DNA of 64,000 nt from Desulfobacterales bacterium (GTDB lineage: Bacteria > Desulfobacterota > Desulfobacteria > Desulfobacterales > UBA5852), in assembly GCA_963674755.2 (NCBI GenBank), contig CAXXVS010000002.1, positions 768,001-832,000 of the forward strand, in the 5' to 3' direction. Shown piece after piece: positions 30,624 to 40,126 of the stretch; within the stretch, counting starts at the first letter, position 1, and every line of letters begins with the position of its first letter. The position numbers and the translations under genes were made by a program. Below the pieces are notes generated by a model. That model saw only the letters and a program-made list of their open reading frames with translations. It was not told the DNA's origin and searched no databases.

Positions 30624-32711
30624 TCAGGCCACTTTTTTCTTTTCCGCCTGGCGCTGTTTCTCAAGCTCCTCGGCCACGGATTGCGGCACTTGCCGGTAGG
30701 TCGCAAATTCCATGGTAAATTGCGCCTTGCCCTGGGTAAGGGAGCGCAGCACCGTGGAATACCCGAACATCTCGGCCAACGGCACCTGGGACTCGATGGC
30801 GCACTGGATGCCCTCGTCCTGGGAGCCCACGATCATTCCGCGGCGCTGGTTCAGTGATCCCATCACCGCCCCCTGAAATTCGGTGGGGGTTTCGACGACC
30901 ACCTTCATGACCGGCTCCTGGATGATGGGTTTGGCCTTGGCATAGCCCTGCAGAAAAGCCCCTCGGGCAGCGGCCTGAAAGGCCATATCGGAAGAATCCA
31001 CCGCGTGGGAGGCGCCGTCGTTGATGACAACCCGGACACCGGTGACCGGGAATTCCATCTTAGGGCCCTTGGCCAGACAATTGCGAAAGCCTTTTTCGCA
31101 GGCCGGAATATATTGCGTCGGAATCGATCCGCCCACGACCTTGCTCTCGAATTCGAATTCACCCTCGGCCAGAGGCTCCAGATAACCGGCCACACGGCCG
31201 TACTGGCCGGCCCCGCCGGTCTGTTTCTTGTGGATGTAATCGAATTCCGCCTGGGCCGTAATGGTTTCGCGATAGGCCACCTGGGGCTTGCCGGTGGTGA
31301 CTGAAGCGGCATATTCCCGTTTCATCCGTTCGACGTAAACTTCCAGGTGGAGCTCCCCCATTCCCGATATGATCGTGTCACCGGTTTCCTCGCTGACATA
31401 GGTTTTAAAGGTGGGATCCTCCTTGGTAAAGCGGTTCAAGGCCTTTGACATGTTGATTTCGGCCTTATGATCGTCCGGCTTGATGGCCAGCGAAATGACC
31501 GGTTCCGGCACATACATGGAGGTCATGGTGAGGCTGTGGCCCGGCGTTACAAAGGTGTCTCCGGAAGCACAGTCGATACCGAACAGGGCGCCGATGTAGC
31601 CGGCCGGAATCGCTCCGATGTCTTCCATCTGGTCGGCATGCATCCGAACCACACGGCCGATTTTGACTTTCTTTCCGGTGCGCACGTTGATGACGGTATC
31701 GCCCTTGGCGAGGCGGCCCTGATAGACCCGGATATAGGTCAATTGACCATACTGCCCGTCTTCAAGCTTGAAGGCCAGGGACACCAGGGGATCGTTTTGC
31801 TTGACACTCAGGGTGACGGGCGCTTCCTCATGCTCGGTATCCAGAGCGGTATTTTCCACGTCGGCCGGGCAGGGGAGATAGGCGGAGACAGCGTCCAGCA
31901 AGGGCTGAACCCCCTTGTTTTTATAAGCCGACCCCATGAGGACCGGGGTAATGCCGCGTTGCAAAACACCTTCCCGCAAGGCGTCATAGATCAGCTCGGC
32001 CGGGATGTCCTGCTCTTCCAACACGGCTTCCATGAGGGCGTCGGAAAACATGGTGGCGGCATCGATGAGTTCCTCACGCCGCTGGGCAGCTTCTTCCTGC
32101 AGGGATTCCGGAATGGCATCCAGGTGGAGGGTTTCGCCGTTGTCGCCATCGAAGTAAATGGCCTGCATGCGCACCAGGTCGACAACCCCTTCGAAATCCG
32201 CCTCCAGGCCGATGGGAATCTGGAGCGCGATCGGTTGGTGGCCCAGTTTGTTGCGCAATTGGTCGATCACGCGGAATGGATTGGCCCCGCTGCGGTCGCA
32301 CTTGTTGATAAAGGCGATCGAGGGCACCTTGTAACGCTTCATTTGCTGATCGACGGTGATGGACTGGGATTGCACCCCGCCCACGGCGCACAATACGAGG
32401 ATGCCGCCGTCGAGCACCCGCAAAGACCGTTCCACTTCGATGGTAAAATCCACATGGCCCGGGGTGTCGATGATGTTGATCTCGTGACCCTGCCATTCAC
32501 AATAGGTCGCCGCCGAAGCAATGGTAATTCCGCGTTCCTTCTCGAGCTCCATCGAATCCATGGTGGCGCCCACGCCGTCTTTGCCCTTGACGTCGTGGAT
32601 GGCGTGGATGCGCTGGGTATAGAACAGGATGCGTTCCGTGAGCGTGGTCTTGCCGGAATCGATGTGAGCGCTGATGCCGATATTCCTAACCTTTTGAATG
32701 TCCGCTTTCAT
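30624..32711 (-). CDS. fusA: Elongation factor G (stand-alone, spd/mtEFG1-like subtype)
   Basis: [68 protein letters not shown] signature. Confidence 0.97.
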   Translation of the reverse strand: MKADIQKVRNIGISAHIDSGKTTLTERILFYTQRIHAIHDVKGKDGVGATMDSMELEKERGITIASAATYCEWQGHEINIIDTPGHVDFTIEVERSLRVLDGGILVLCAVGGVQSQSITVDQQMKRYKVPSIAFINKCDRSGANPFRVIDQLRNKLGHQPIALQIPIGLEADFEGVVDLVRMQAIYFDGDNGETLHLDAIPESLQEEAAQRREELIDAATMFSDALMEAVLEEQDIPAELIYDALREGVLQRGITPVLMGSAYKNKGVQPLLDAVSAYLPCPADVENTALDTEHEEAPVTLSVKQNDPLVSLAFKLEDGQYGQLTYIRVYQGRLAKGDTVINVRTGKKVKIGRVVRMHADQMEDIGAIPAGYIGALFGIDCASGDTFVTPGHSLTMTSMYVPEPVISLAIKPDDHKAEINMSKALNRFTKEDPTFKTYVSEETGDTIISGMGELHLEVYVERMKREYAASVTTGKPQVAYRETITAQAEFDYIHKKQTGGAGQYGRVAGYLEPLAEGEFEFESKVVGGSIPTQYIPACEKGFRNCLAKGPKMEFPVTGVRVVINDGASHAVDSSDMAFQAAARGAFLQGYAKAKPIIQEPVMKVVVETPTEFQGAVMGSLNQRRGMIVGSQDEGIQCAIESQVPLAEMFGYSTVLRSLTQGKAQFTMEFATYRQVPQSVAEELEKQRQAEKKKVA

Positions 32712-32801
32712 CTTGCAATCCTTTTGCAATCCTTATGGTATTGGGTGGTCAGGCTATCCCTCGGCGGGCAGGGTACGATCCCGCTCCTCCGAGAAGACCA
32801 T

Positions 32802-32835
32802 AAAAAAATCACCCGGACCAAGGATCCGGGCGATG
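32802..32835 (-). terminator. Intrinsic terminator-like hairpin in the fusA 5' leader (possible attenuator)
   Basis: Minus strand ATCGCCCGGA-TCCTTGG-TCCGGGTGAT followed by a T run, about 90 nt upstream of the fusA start. Confidence 0.65.
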
Positions 32836-32867
32836 CATAACTGACATATCAATATTAGAAATAAATT

Positions 32868-32895
32868 AATATATAATAAAAATAATGTTTGTCAA
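32868..32895 (-). promoter_or_regulatory. Candidate sigma70 promoter for fusA
   Basis: Minus strand TTGACA-N16-TATATT in a very AT-rich patch. Confidence 0.5.
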
Positions 32896-33192
32896 TCAAA
32901 ATTTGGGAGGGACGTTAGCCTTGATGTATAATTGTCGCATTGCGGACCACACTCTGCCGTCGCCGCTTTCGACAAGTTACAGTAACTGGCGCCTAAGACC
33001 GCCGCTTCCAGTCGCATTGCGGTCACATCCGCTTGCCTGATTTGTGCGGCTGCGCAGAAGAACGTAGGTCGCTCGGACGCCCCCGTCACAATGGCGAGCG
33101 CTGGTGCAGGCCAATACCCCTTTGCGCCACCTCCCCCGATTCAGTCATTGGACGAGCCGTGATTTAAGAACCGGTTCATCCGGCGTAGGCTT

Positions 33193-33546
33193 TTAGAGCT
33201 CCGGTGCGCCGGACGGAATCAGGCAGGCAAATACCAGTTTTTTGGCACTGCGATTGCGGACCTGATGCAATTCATTCCCCGGGATAAACACGACCGAGCC
33301 CGGTTTGACCGTTTGCCATTCGCCGTTCTGGTAGACGTCTCCCTCACCGGAATGGAAAAAGATTTCGTGCTCCCATTCGTGCTGGTGGCGAGGGGTAAAG
33401 CCCTCAGGAGAAAGCTCGAAGACCCGCATACAGAAATTGGCCGCTCCGTCAGCCTGTCCTATGACGACGCGACCTGTGACGCCGCGTACCTGCTCGCCAT
33501 CAAATGATTGCGGGGTTGCATCGGTATAATGGACGATTTTCATCAT
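33193..33546 (-). CDS. Cupin domain protein
   Basis: TPRHQHEWEHEIF...G and VFIPGNELHQ cupin motifs. Confidence 0.9.
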   Translation of the reverse strand: MMKIVHYTDATPQSFDGEQVRGVTGRVVIGQADGAANFCMRVFELSPEGFTPRHQHEWEHEIFFHSGEGDVYQNGEWQTVKPGSVVFIPGNELHQVRNRSAKKLVFACLIPSGAPEL

Positions 33547-33911
33547 GGGTTTCCTTTGCGAAGCAATCAGGGGTATGAGATTATCCTCGGCTCGCCCGCC
33601 GCCCCCTGGGGCAGCCGGGACGCTTCGTGGATGATGCCGCCGGCAGAGTGCTCATTTCATCTACGGTACCCATGGTAACCCCTTGGGCTTGGCTTGGCAA
33701 CGGTTATGACGCGATCGGTGGAACTCTTCCTAAAGTTTGAGGTGCAGGCAACCGAATAGATTTTCTGCCCCCAGATGATGCTTTGGTGCTCCCAGCGAGG
33801 ACGACCGTCGCGCGCCCTGTATTTGGAAGGCAGGCATTGCTTGACTAAGCTACGGTTTTGGGATCAAATAATGCTCATCTCAGTCCGGTATTGATGACTA
33901 AGGAGCCTGGC

Positions 33912-35783
33912 ATGGATATCAATGTTTGTTGTCCCGAAAAAGTGGTCTCGGCCGAAGAGGCCATTGCTAAAATCAAGCGGGGCAGCCGTGTGTTTGTCGG
34001 TACCGGATGCGGTGAACCCCAGCATCTCATTCGGAGTATGGTAAAAAACCCCCAATTACAGGACATCATGCTCTATCAGATGCTGTCTTACACCTTTGCG
34101 GACTACGTGGATGATCCAACCTTCGCGAATCGGTTCAATCTCAAGCTGTTTTTTATCAGCAAAATCATGCGCAAGGCCGCTTTCGAAGGCAAGATCGATT
34201 ATATCCCGGCCTATTTATCCAAGATTCCCCGTCTGTTTGCCAGCCATCGCATCGGTCTGGATGTCGCCTTGGTGCAGGTCAGCCCCCCCGACCATTTCGG
34301 TTATTGCAGTCTGGGCGTTTCCATCGATATTACCCGCTCGGCCATGGAACATGCCCATCTCGTCATTGCCCAAGTCAACCCTTGCATGCCGCGCACCTGG
34401 GGTGACAGTTTCGTGCATGTTGACGAGATCGACTATCTGGTTCCGAAGGACGAGCCTCTGGTCGAAACGATGGTCGATGTCGGGGATAACGAGATATCCA
34501 AGCGTATTGGCCATTTCGTCTCGGAGTTGGTAGAGGACGGCGCCACACTGCAAATCGGGTTCGGCTATTTGCCCAATGCTATTCTGCGCTATCTGGATCA
34601 TAAGCATGATCTCGGCATTCACACTCAGCTCATTACCGACGGTCTCCTGCCGCTTTTTAATAAAGGGGTCATCACCAATAAGAAGAAGACGCTTTTGCCT
34701 GGGAGAGTGGTTGCCTCCCTTTGCATGGGGTCGGAACAACTTTATCAGTTCGTGGACAACAACCCGGCCTTTTATTTCCGATCCTCGGAGTTCGTGAACG
34801 ATCCCACTGTTATTGCCCGTAATGATAACCTCGTTTCCATCAGTAGTGCCCTCGAAGTGGATCTCACCGGACAGGTCTGCTCGGATTCCATGGGCCACCT
34901 CTTTTACAGCGGTATCGGTGATCAGGTTGATTTCTTACGTGGTAGCGCCATGTCCAAAGGAGGGTTCTCCATCATTGCAATGCCCTCCACGGCTTGCAAC
35001 GGCAATGTATCGCGTATCGTTCCCTATCTCAGCGAAGGTTCCGGGGTGGCCACGACACGTGCCGATGTGAATTTCGTTGTTACTGAATACGGTATTGCCG
35101 AACTTCAGGGAAAAAGTATTTTTCAGCGTGTAATGGAACTCACCCAGATTGCCCACCCCAAGTTTCGTGATCAGCTAATCCAGACGGCCAAGGGCCGACA
35201 CTATATTTTCGCCGATCAATTGACGCCTACCCAAGAAGACCTTTTGTTTCTGGAAGGTTACAAATCGACGTTGAAGATTAAAAATGGAAAAACGTTGCAT
35301 TTTCGTCCGTTGCTGCCATCAGATGAATTTGCCTATCGCAATTTCTTCTACTCACTTCAGGAAGAGACTATTTATTACCGTTTCTTTTACCAAATGAAGT
35401 TGTTTTCCCATGAAGTCATCCAGAAGCAATGGGCTAGTGTCGACTACCGAAAAAATATGTCGATGATCGGATTGGTTCAAAGGGGTGGTCATCAGGAGAT
35501 TGTCGCGATCGGCACCTATGCCCAGGAAGACGCTACTAGCGCCGAGGTGGCTTTTGTGGTGCGCGAGGATTTTCAAGGTATGGGAATCGCGTCTTATTTG
35601 CTCAAAATATTGGAGGGGATTGCTAAGGAAAATGACTATGCGCGATTTACTGCAACGGTTTTGCAGGATAACCCGGGCATGTTGTCCGTATTCCGAAAAC
35701 GTTACCCGAAGGCCGAATTGAAAGCCACCGGAGGCAACGAGATCGCTGTCAAAATGGATTTCACACCCAGCGAGGAACCATAA
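33912..35783 (+). CDS. Acetyl-CoA hydrolase/CoA-transferase (4-hydroxybutyrate CoA-transferase-like) fused to a C-terminal GNAT domain
   Basis: DVALVQVSPPD..GYCSLG, DGATLQIG.G, LEVDLTGQV, SGIGDQVDF, VVTEYGIA; C-terminal AEVAFVVREDFQGMGIAS GNAT motif; AAGGAG RBS. Confidence 0.9.
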   Translation: MDINVCCPEKVVSAEEAIAKIKRGSRVFVGTGCGEPQHLIRSMVKNPQLQDIMLYQMLSYTFADYVDDPTFANRFNLKLFFISKIMRKAAFEGKIDYIPAYLSKIPRLFASHRIGLDVALVQVSPPDHFGYCSLGVSIDITRSAMEHAHLVIAQVNPCMPRTWGDSFVHVDEIDYLVPKDEPLVETMVDVGDNEISKRIGHFVSELVEDGATLQIGFGYLPNAILRYLDHKHDLGIHTQLITDGLLPLFNKGVITNKKKTLLPGRVVASLCMGSEQLYQFVDNNPAFYFRSSEFVNDPTVIARNDNLVSISSALEVDLTGQVCSDSMGHLFYSGIGDQVDFLRGSAMSKGGFSIIAMPSTACNGNVSRIVPYLSEGSGVATTRADVNFVVTEYGIAELQGKSIFQRVMELTQIAHPKFRDQLIQTAKGRHYIFADQLTPTQEDLLFLEGYKSTLKIKNGKTLHFRPLLPSDEFAYRNFFYSLQEETIYYRFFYQMKLFSHEVIQKQWASVDYRKNMSMIGLVQRGGHQEIVAIGTYAQEDATSAEVAFVVREDFQGMGIASYLLKILEGIAKENDYARFTATVLQDNPGMLSVFRKRYPKAELKATGGNEIAVKMDFTPSEEP

Positions 35784-36010
35784 AAGAAGGCGCTTTGGTC
35801 AGCTTCAATTTAGCATGAACGGGAGGGAAGCGGCGCTGATTTGAATCGGGTTTACCCTGTTGAGGGGGATGAGAAATTTGAGTTTTTCCTTGATAAAGCG
35901 CTATTTTTTCTGCTATTTATGAAAAATCATGCGTCAATTTGGCATTTGTATCAGGTTTGGAAAAAAGGCCTGTAGGCCTTTTGACAGGCATAAGCCAAAA
36001 CGTGACCACG

Positions 36011-36038
36011 TTCGCATGCAATGCAAGATGCATGCGAA
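36011..36038. promoter_or_regulatory. Inverted repeat upstream of mglB (possible operator or leader hairpin)
   Basis: TTCGCATGCA-N8-TGCATGCGAA; a second repeat AAAAGGCC-tgta-GGCCTTTT lies at about 35963-35982. Confidence 0.4.
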
Positions 36039-36184
36039 ATTTCGCCAGCGTAGGTTATTCTTGAAACCGAAACCGCAGGATACCATGGATTTGCTTAAAA
36101 GGCTGGCCGTCAAAAGATCGATCGAACAAAAGATTACGAACCCTTACAGGGCGTGACCCATACATATTTAGGGAGGTACTTCAA

Positions 36185-36589
36185 TTGTCATATACGCTTG
36201 GGCAGAAACAGCTTGATAGTATAGACGAAATCCTTCAGACCGATTTGGTGGATATTGGCGTGCATTGCGTTTTCCTTATCGATATGTCTGGCAATATTAT
36301 TGCCAGTTTAGATGATGGTGAGAATAGACACGATATTTATTCGCTCGCGGCTCTGGCGGCCGGTAACTTTGGTGCGGTGAGCGCGATGGCCAAGATCATC
36401 GGTGAGGGCGAATTTTCATTGCTGTTTCATAAAGGTAAAAAAGAAAATATCCACTTTAGCAAGGTTTTGACCGAATTTTTATTGATTACGCTTTTTGGTA
36501 ATGACCTTTCGCTTGGTTTCTTGCGGTTGAAGGTTGCCGAATCGGTTGAAAAAATAAAAAAGATTTTAGAACCGATTCACACCCCATAA
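36185..36589 (+). CDS. mglB: MglB-type roadblock/LC7 protein (GAP for MglA)
   Basis: VFLIDMSGNII, SLAALAAGNF..VSAMAKIIGEGEF..LFHKG, SLGFLRL resemble MglB; GGAGG then TTG start; directly upstream of mglA. Confidence 0.88.
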   Translation: MSYTLGQKQLDSIDEILQTDLVDIGVHCVFLIDMSGNIIASLDDGENRHDIYSLAALAAGNFGAVSAMAKIIGEGEFSLLFHKGKKENIHFSKVLTEFLLITLFGNDLSLGFLRLKVAESVEKIKKILEPIHTP

Positions 36590-36644
36590 CGCGCCGTTCT
36601 ATATCAATATAAATGACCGACCGCAAACGCTAGGTATAATCTCA

Positions 36645-37250
36645 ATGGCATTCGTCAATCTAAAGAAAAAAGAAGTTCAGGTTAAAATCGTCTATTATGG
36701 TCCCGGTAGAGGCGGAAAAACGACAAATCTTGAGTATATCTATGCAAAGTTCAATGAACGAATTCAGACTGAGATGGTGACCGTCAAGACACATGGTGAC
36801 CGAACGTTGTTCTTTGATTTTTTGCCGATCGATATCGGTAAAATTAATGGATATACCGCTAAGATGCAACTCTATACCGTACCGGGACAGGTCAAATACA
36901 ACGCAACGCGGCGGTTGGTTTTAAGAGGCGTCGATGGAATAGTGTTTGTGGCTGACTCAATGGCGGTGAGAAGAGAAAAGAATATTCTTTCGCTCAAGAA
37001 TCTTCATGAAAACTTAAAAAATTATAAAAAAAGTATTTTTTCCATCCCCTTGGTTTTTCAATACAACAAGGTCGATTTGGCCGAACAGGGGATACCGTTG
37101 CTGCCGTTTGCGACCATGGAAAAAGATCTCAACAGTCAACTCAAACGCCCTGCTTTCGAAGCCAGCGCGGTAACGGGATCAAATGTTGTTCCTACCCTGA
37201 AAAAGATTATTACAATGACCATGGCCTCGATAAAGGACGAATTAAAATAG
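36645..37250 (+). CDS. mglA: MglA-type small Ras-like GTPase
   Basis: KIVYYGPGRGGKTTNL (G1), T..DRTLFFDF (intrinsic Arg), TVPGQ (G3), NKVD (G4), EASA (G5). Confidence 0.95.
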   Translation: MAFVNLKKKEVQVKIVYYGPGRGGKTTNLEYIYAKFNERIQTEMVTVKTHGDRTLFFDFLPIDIGKINGYTAKMQLYTVPGQVKYNATRRLVLRGVDGIVFVADSMAVRREKNILSLKNLHENLKNYKKSIFSIPLVFQYNKVDLAEQGIPLLPFATMEKDLNSQLKRPAFEASAVTGSNVVPTLKKIITMTMASIKDELK

Positions 37251-37260
37251 GAGGATACTG

Positions 37261-37950
37261 TTGAAGAGCGATGCCAAACAAAGCAAAGTAGATAGCGATT
37301 TGGCGGATCGACTTGATACCCTTTTTGATGAAACCGATTCAGATGAGAGTTCCGCCCACAAAAAAGGCCAATCGAATGATCCTCTGGATGAACTCAAGTC
37401 GCTGGTCATGTCGATTGAATGGGAAATTACCGATGAGGTGATGGAGCGCTTCCTATCCCAAATTGATTTCCTTAAAACGCGTTTTGAAGAAGACCGCATT
37501 CTGGTCATGTTCCTTCAGTTGTTGGGCTCGCTTGGGTTGTATATCAAGACGAATAAGGGCAAGGCGCATCCCAACGCTTTCAAACTATTGAATTCCGTGT
37601 ATTCAGGTTTTGAAGATGCCACCTCGCCGGGGAAATTGTCCCCTTCGGAAAAGAAGAAACTGCTTTATGTCGAGCTGAACAAATACAAAGAACTAAAGGA
37701 ACAGATCGAATCAACGCGGAGCCCTGAAAACGAACCGCCGCGAATACCAGAGACGGTTGCCGGACGAGGCAGTGGACAAAAAGCAGCTGCCAATGAAACC
37801 CGTCAAATGGCCAACGTTAGCGAATCAGCACATAGTGGCCTGCTATCCCAAGCACATTTCGATGAAGTTGTAGATGCGATGAAAGCATTGATTTTGAAAG
37901 AACTATCCGGAATACGCGAAGATATAGCACGTTTGGCTAAGTCCAAATAA
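37261..37950 (+). CDS. Hypothetical all-helical protein in the mgl operon
   Basis: AGGAGG then TTG start; acidic N-terminus, helical core (LKSLVMSIEWEITDE...AHPNAFKLL), low-complexity linker, C-terminal amphipathic helix. Confidence 0.8.
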   Translation: MKSDAKQSKVDSDLADRLDTLFDETDSDESSAHKKGQSNDPLDELKSLVMSIEWEITDEVMERFLSQIDFLKTRFEEDRILVMFLQLLGSLGLYIKTNKGKAHPNAFKLLNSVYSGFEDATSPGKLSPSEKKKLLYVELNKYKELKEQIESTRSPENEPPRIPETVAGRGSGQKAAANETRQMANVSESAHSGLLSQAHFDEVVDAMKALILKELSGIREDIARLAKSK

Positions 37951-38058
37951 ACGCATGCGATTTTGTGAGTGTTATAGCGATTAAGTTCATAGACATAGGA
38001 GGAGCTAATAACGACTGGCAATTGCGACGCGATGTTGAAGAATATAGGGAGGTAAACG

Positions 38059-38529
38059 ATGGATTTTGCGTCCGGTGATATTTCTGTGCTCGTTTTCAAA
38101 CCAGTCGTAAGGGACGATGTAGGGAATTTTTCCCTCGATGGCCACATGTTGAGCGTCCTCATGGCGTTGGATGGAGAAAAAACGCTTGGCCAAATTGCCC
38201 AGCAGGCCAACCTAAACATGGCGACGATCAGGGAGGCTGTCAGAAAACTTTTCGAGCTTAAACTGGTCGAAATCATAAAACAAGATATTCAGTTTCTCGA
38301 CCAGGATTTTATATCGTTTTTAATTTCCGAAATGTCGCTCGCCATCGGCCCCCTCGGAGAGGTGATTGTCGAGGATGGTATCGAGGATCTGGGGTATAGC
38401 AAAACCACCTTTCCAACGAACCGCGCGGCCGAGTTAATCAACATGCTGGCGCGAGAAATCCAAAGGGATGAAAAGAGAACCGAATTCAAGCAGAGCATGG
38501 TAAACAAAATTAGAGAAAAAGGCTACTGA
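38059..38529 (+). CDS. Hypothetical protein: winged-helix-like N-terminal domain plus helical IGP-motif domain
   Basis: VLMALDGEKTLGQIAQQANL....REAVRKLFELKLVE wHTH pattern; AIGPLGEVIVED C-terminal module; GGAGG RBS. Confidence 0.78.
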   Translation: MDFASGDISVLVFKPVVRDDVGNFSLDGHMLSVLMALDGEKTLGQIAQQANLNMATIREAVRKLFELKLVEIIKQDIQFLDQDFISFLISEMSLAIGPLGEVIVEDGIEDLGYSKTTFPTNRAAELINMLAREIQRDEKRTEFKQSMVNKIREKGY

Positions 38530-38673
38530 AGAGAATGTATCTAAAATCCGAACTGATAGTACAGGGCACTGACGGTTGTCTGGAAAATGGAGAAACGAAA
38601 TTTATTCCGAGAAATGTAAAAAATGTTCTGCTATGTTGTCGATACAGCGATACCGTAGATAAGGAGTGCGGCT

Positions 38674-40029
38674 ATGATCGTTATTTGTGAAGAGTGCGGA
38701 AAAAAATATAAAATCGACCCCGCGAAAATTAAAGGCGAACAAGCACGATTCAAATGCAAAGCGTGCTCGCATATTATTACCGTAAAAAAGCAAGAACCAG
38801 TTGAACAGAGCGTACCCGAACTGGAACCTGTATTCGAATCCCAACCGGTGCTTGAAGATGTCGACAAAAGTAGTGGTTATCAGGCCGAAGAGACAACGCC
38901 GGACCAAGCCGCGGAGCCGTCAGCACCTTCAACCGCTAAGCGGGTCGCGCGTCGCAAAAAAAAGACGGGCATGGGACTCACCAGCAAGGTCATTCTGTTG
39001 ATGCTTCTGGTCAGCTTGGTGCCGGGCGCGATTTATTTTATCATTTCCTTCAAACAGACCAATGATCGCATCGTGCAAGACACCACGCGTTTTGGTACCC
39101 AAACCACGAATGCCTTGGCCAATGAAGTCAGCGAATGGGTCGATAAGAATGTTCGCGTCCTTAATACTGTGGCTCAGCTGCCAGGTATTCAATCAATGAA
39201 TCGATTCGAGCAAGAGATTCTTCTCAAGGCCGTGCAGAAGGAATACCCCTGGATGTATCTTGTTTTTACGACGGATATCAATGGAATGAATATCGCCCGT
39301 AATGACGACAAGGACCTTAGAGACTATTCCGACCGGCAATATGTTCAAGACATTACCTCCGGCAAGGCACTTGCCTGGCAGAATTTGATCGGGAAAACAT
39401 CTAAACAGCCAGCTTTGGTTATCGCTGTTCCCATTCAAAAAAACGGCCAGACGATCGGTGTAATGGCCGCGGCAATGACACGTGACACCATCAGCAAAAG
39501 AATTGCGAACTGGCGTGAAGGTAAAACCGGATATGCGTTTTTGGTCGATCAAGACGGCAAGGCGTTGGCTCATCCTAAAAAGGCATTTGTCGAGCAGCAG
39601 AAAGATTTAAGCCAGGATCCTCTGGTTAAGGCTGCGCAAGCCCGAAAGAGCGGCCTGATAGAGTTTACCGATGCCGACGGACAGGCCGAAATAGGCTTTG
39701 CCCAGAAAACCCCCCTGGGATGGACACTTGCCATTCAACAATCGAAGGCAGAGGCTTTTGCTCTTCTTAAAGAAGCACAAATATTTGCGCTTATTTTGAT
39801 GGGGGCCACTTTCATCATCGTTGTGGCGATCGCCTATATTGCGAGCCGTGCTATAGTAATGCCCATCCGCAAGTTGACGGATGCCGCGAACCGCATCAGT
39901 GTCGGCGAGTTAGGGGTTGAAATAAAAACGACGTCGAAGGATGAAATCGGTGATTTGGCGGAAGCTATTACGCGCATGCAGGATAGTATCCGCTTGTCCA
40001 TTGAAAGGCTTAGACGTCGTCGAAGGTGA
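38674..40029 (+). CDS. Zinc-ribbon - TM - dCache - TM - HAMP membrane receptor lacking kinase/MCP/cyclase output
   Basis: CEEC...CKAC zinc ribbon; TM1 VILLMLLVSLVPGAIYFIISF; Cache motifs YSDRQYV and GYAFLVDQDG.ALAHP; TM2; HAMP PIRKLTDAANRISVGEL...DEIGDLAEAITRM then stop. Confidence 0.85.
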   Translation: MIVICEECGKKYKIDPAKIKGEQARFKCKACSHIITVKKQEPVEQSVPELEPVFESQPVLEDVDKSSGYQAEETTPDQAAEPSAPSTAKRVARRKKKTGMGLTSKVILLMLLVSLVPGAIYFIISFKQTNDRIVQDTTRFGTQTTNALANEVSEWVDKNVRVLNTVAQLPGIQSMNRFEQEILLKAVQKEYPWMYLVFTTDINGMNIARNDDKDLRDYSDRQYVQDITSGKALAWQNLIGKTSKQPALVIAVPIQKNGQTIGVMAAAMTRDTISKRIANWREGKTGYAFLVDQDGKALAHPKKAFVEQQKDLSQDPLVKAAQARKSGLIEFTDADGQAEIGFAQKTPLGWTLAIQQSKAEAFALLKEAQIFALILMGATFIIVVAIAYIASRAIVMPIRKLTDAANRISVGELGVEIKTTSKDEIGDLAEAITRMQDSIRLSIERLRRRRR

Positions 40030-40126
40030 CGTTATCGGTCGATTACGGGATACTCATGAAACCCAGCCCAATTTATAAAATACAATCAGGCTGGGAAACG
40101 ACCCCACCAATTGGAAAGTGTAGTTA

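Noticed and set aside
32900..33190. Plus-strand TGTATAAT and downstream non-coding stretch as a possible sRNA
   Set aside because: No -35 element, known RNA family or clear terminator that I can support
35929..36156. 75-aa ORF upstream of mglB
   Set aside because: No RBS, atypical composition, overlaps putative regulatory repeats
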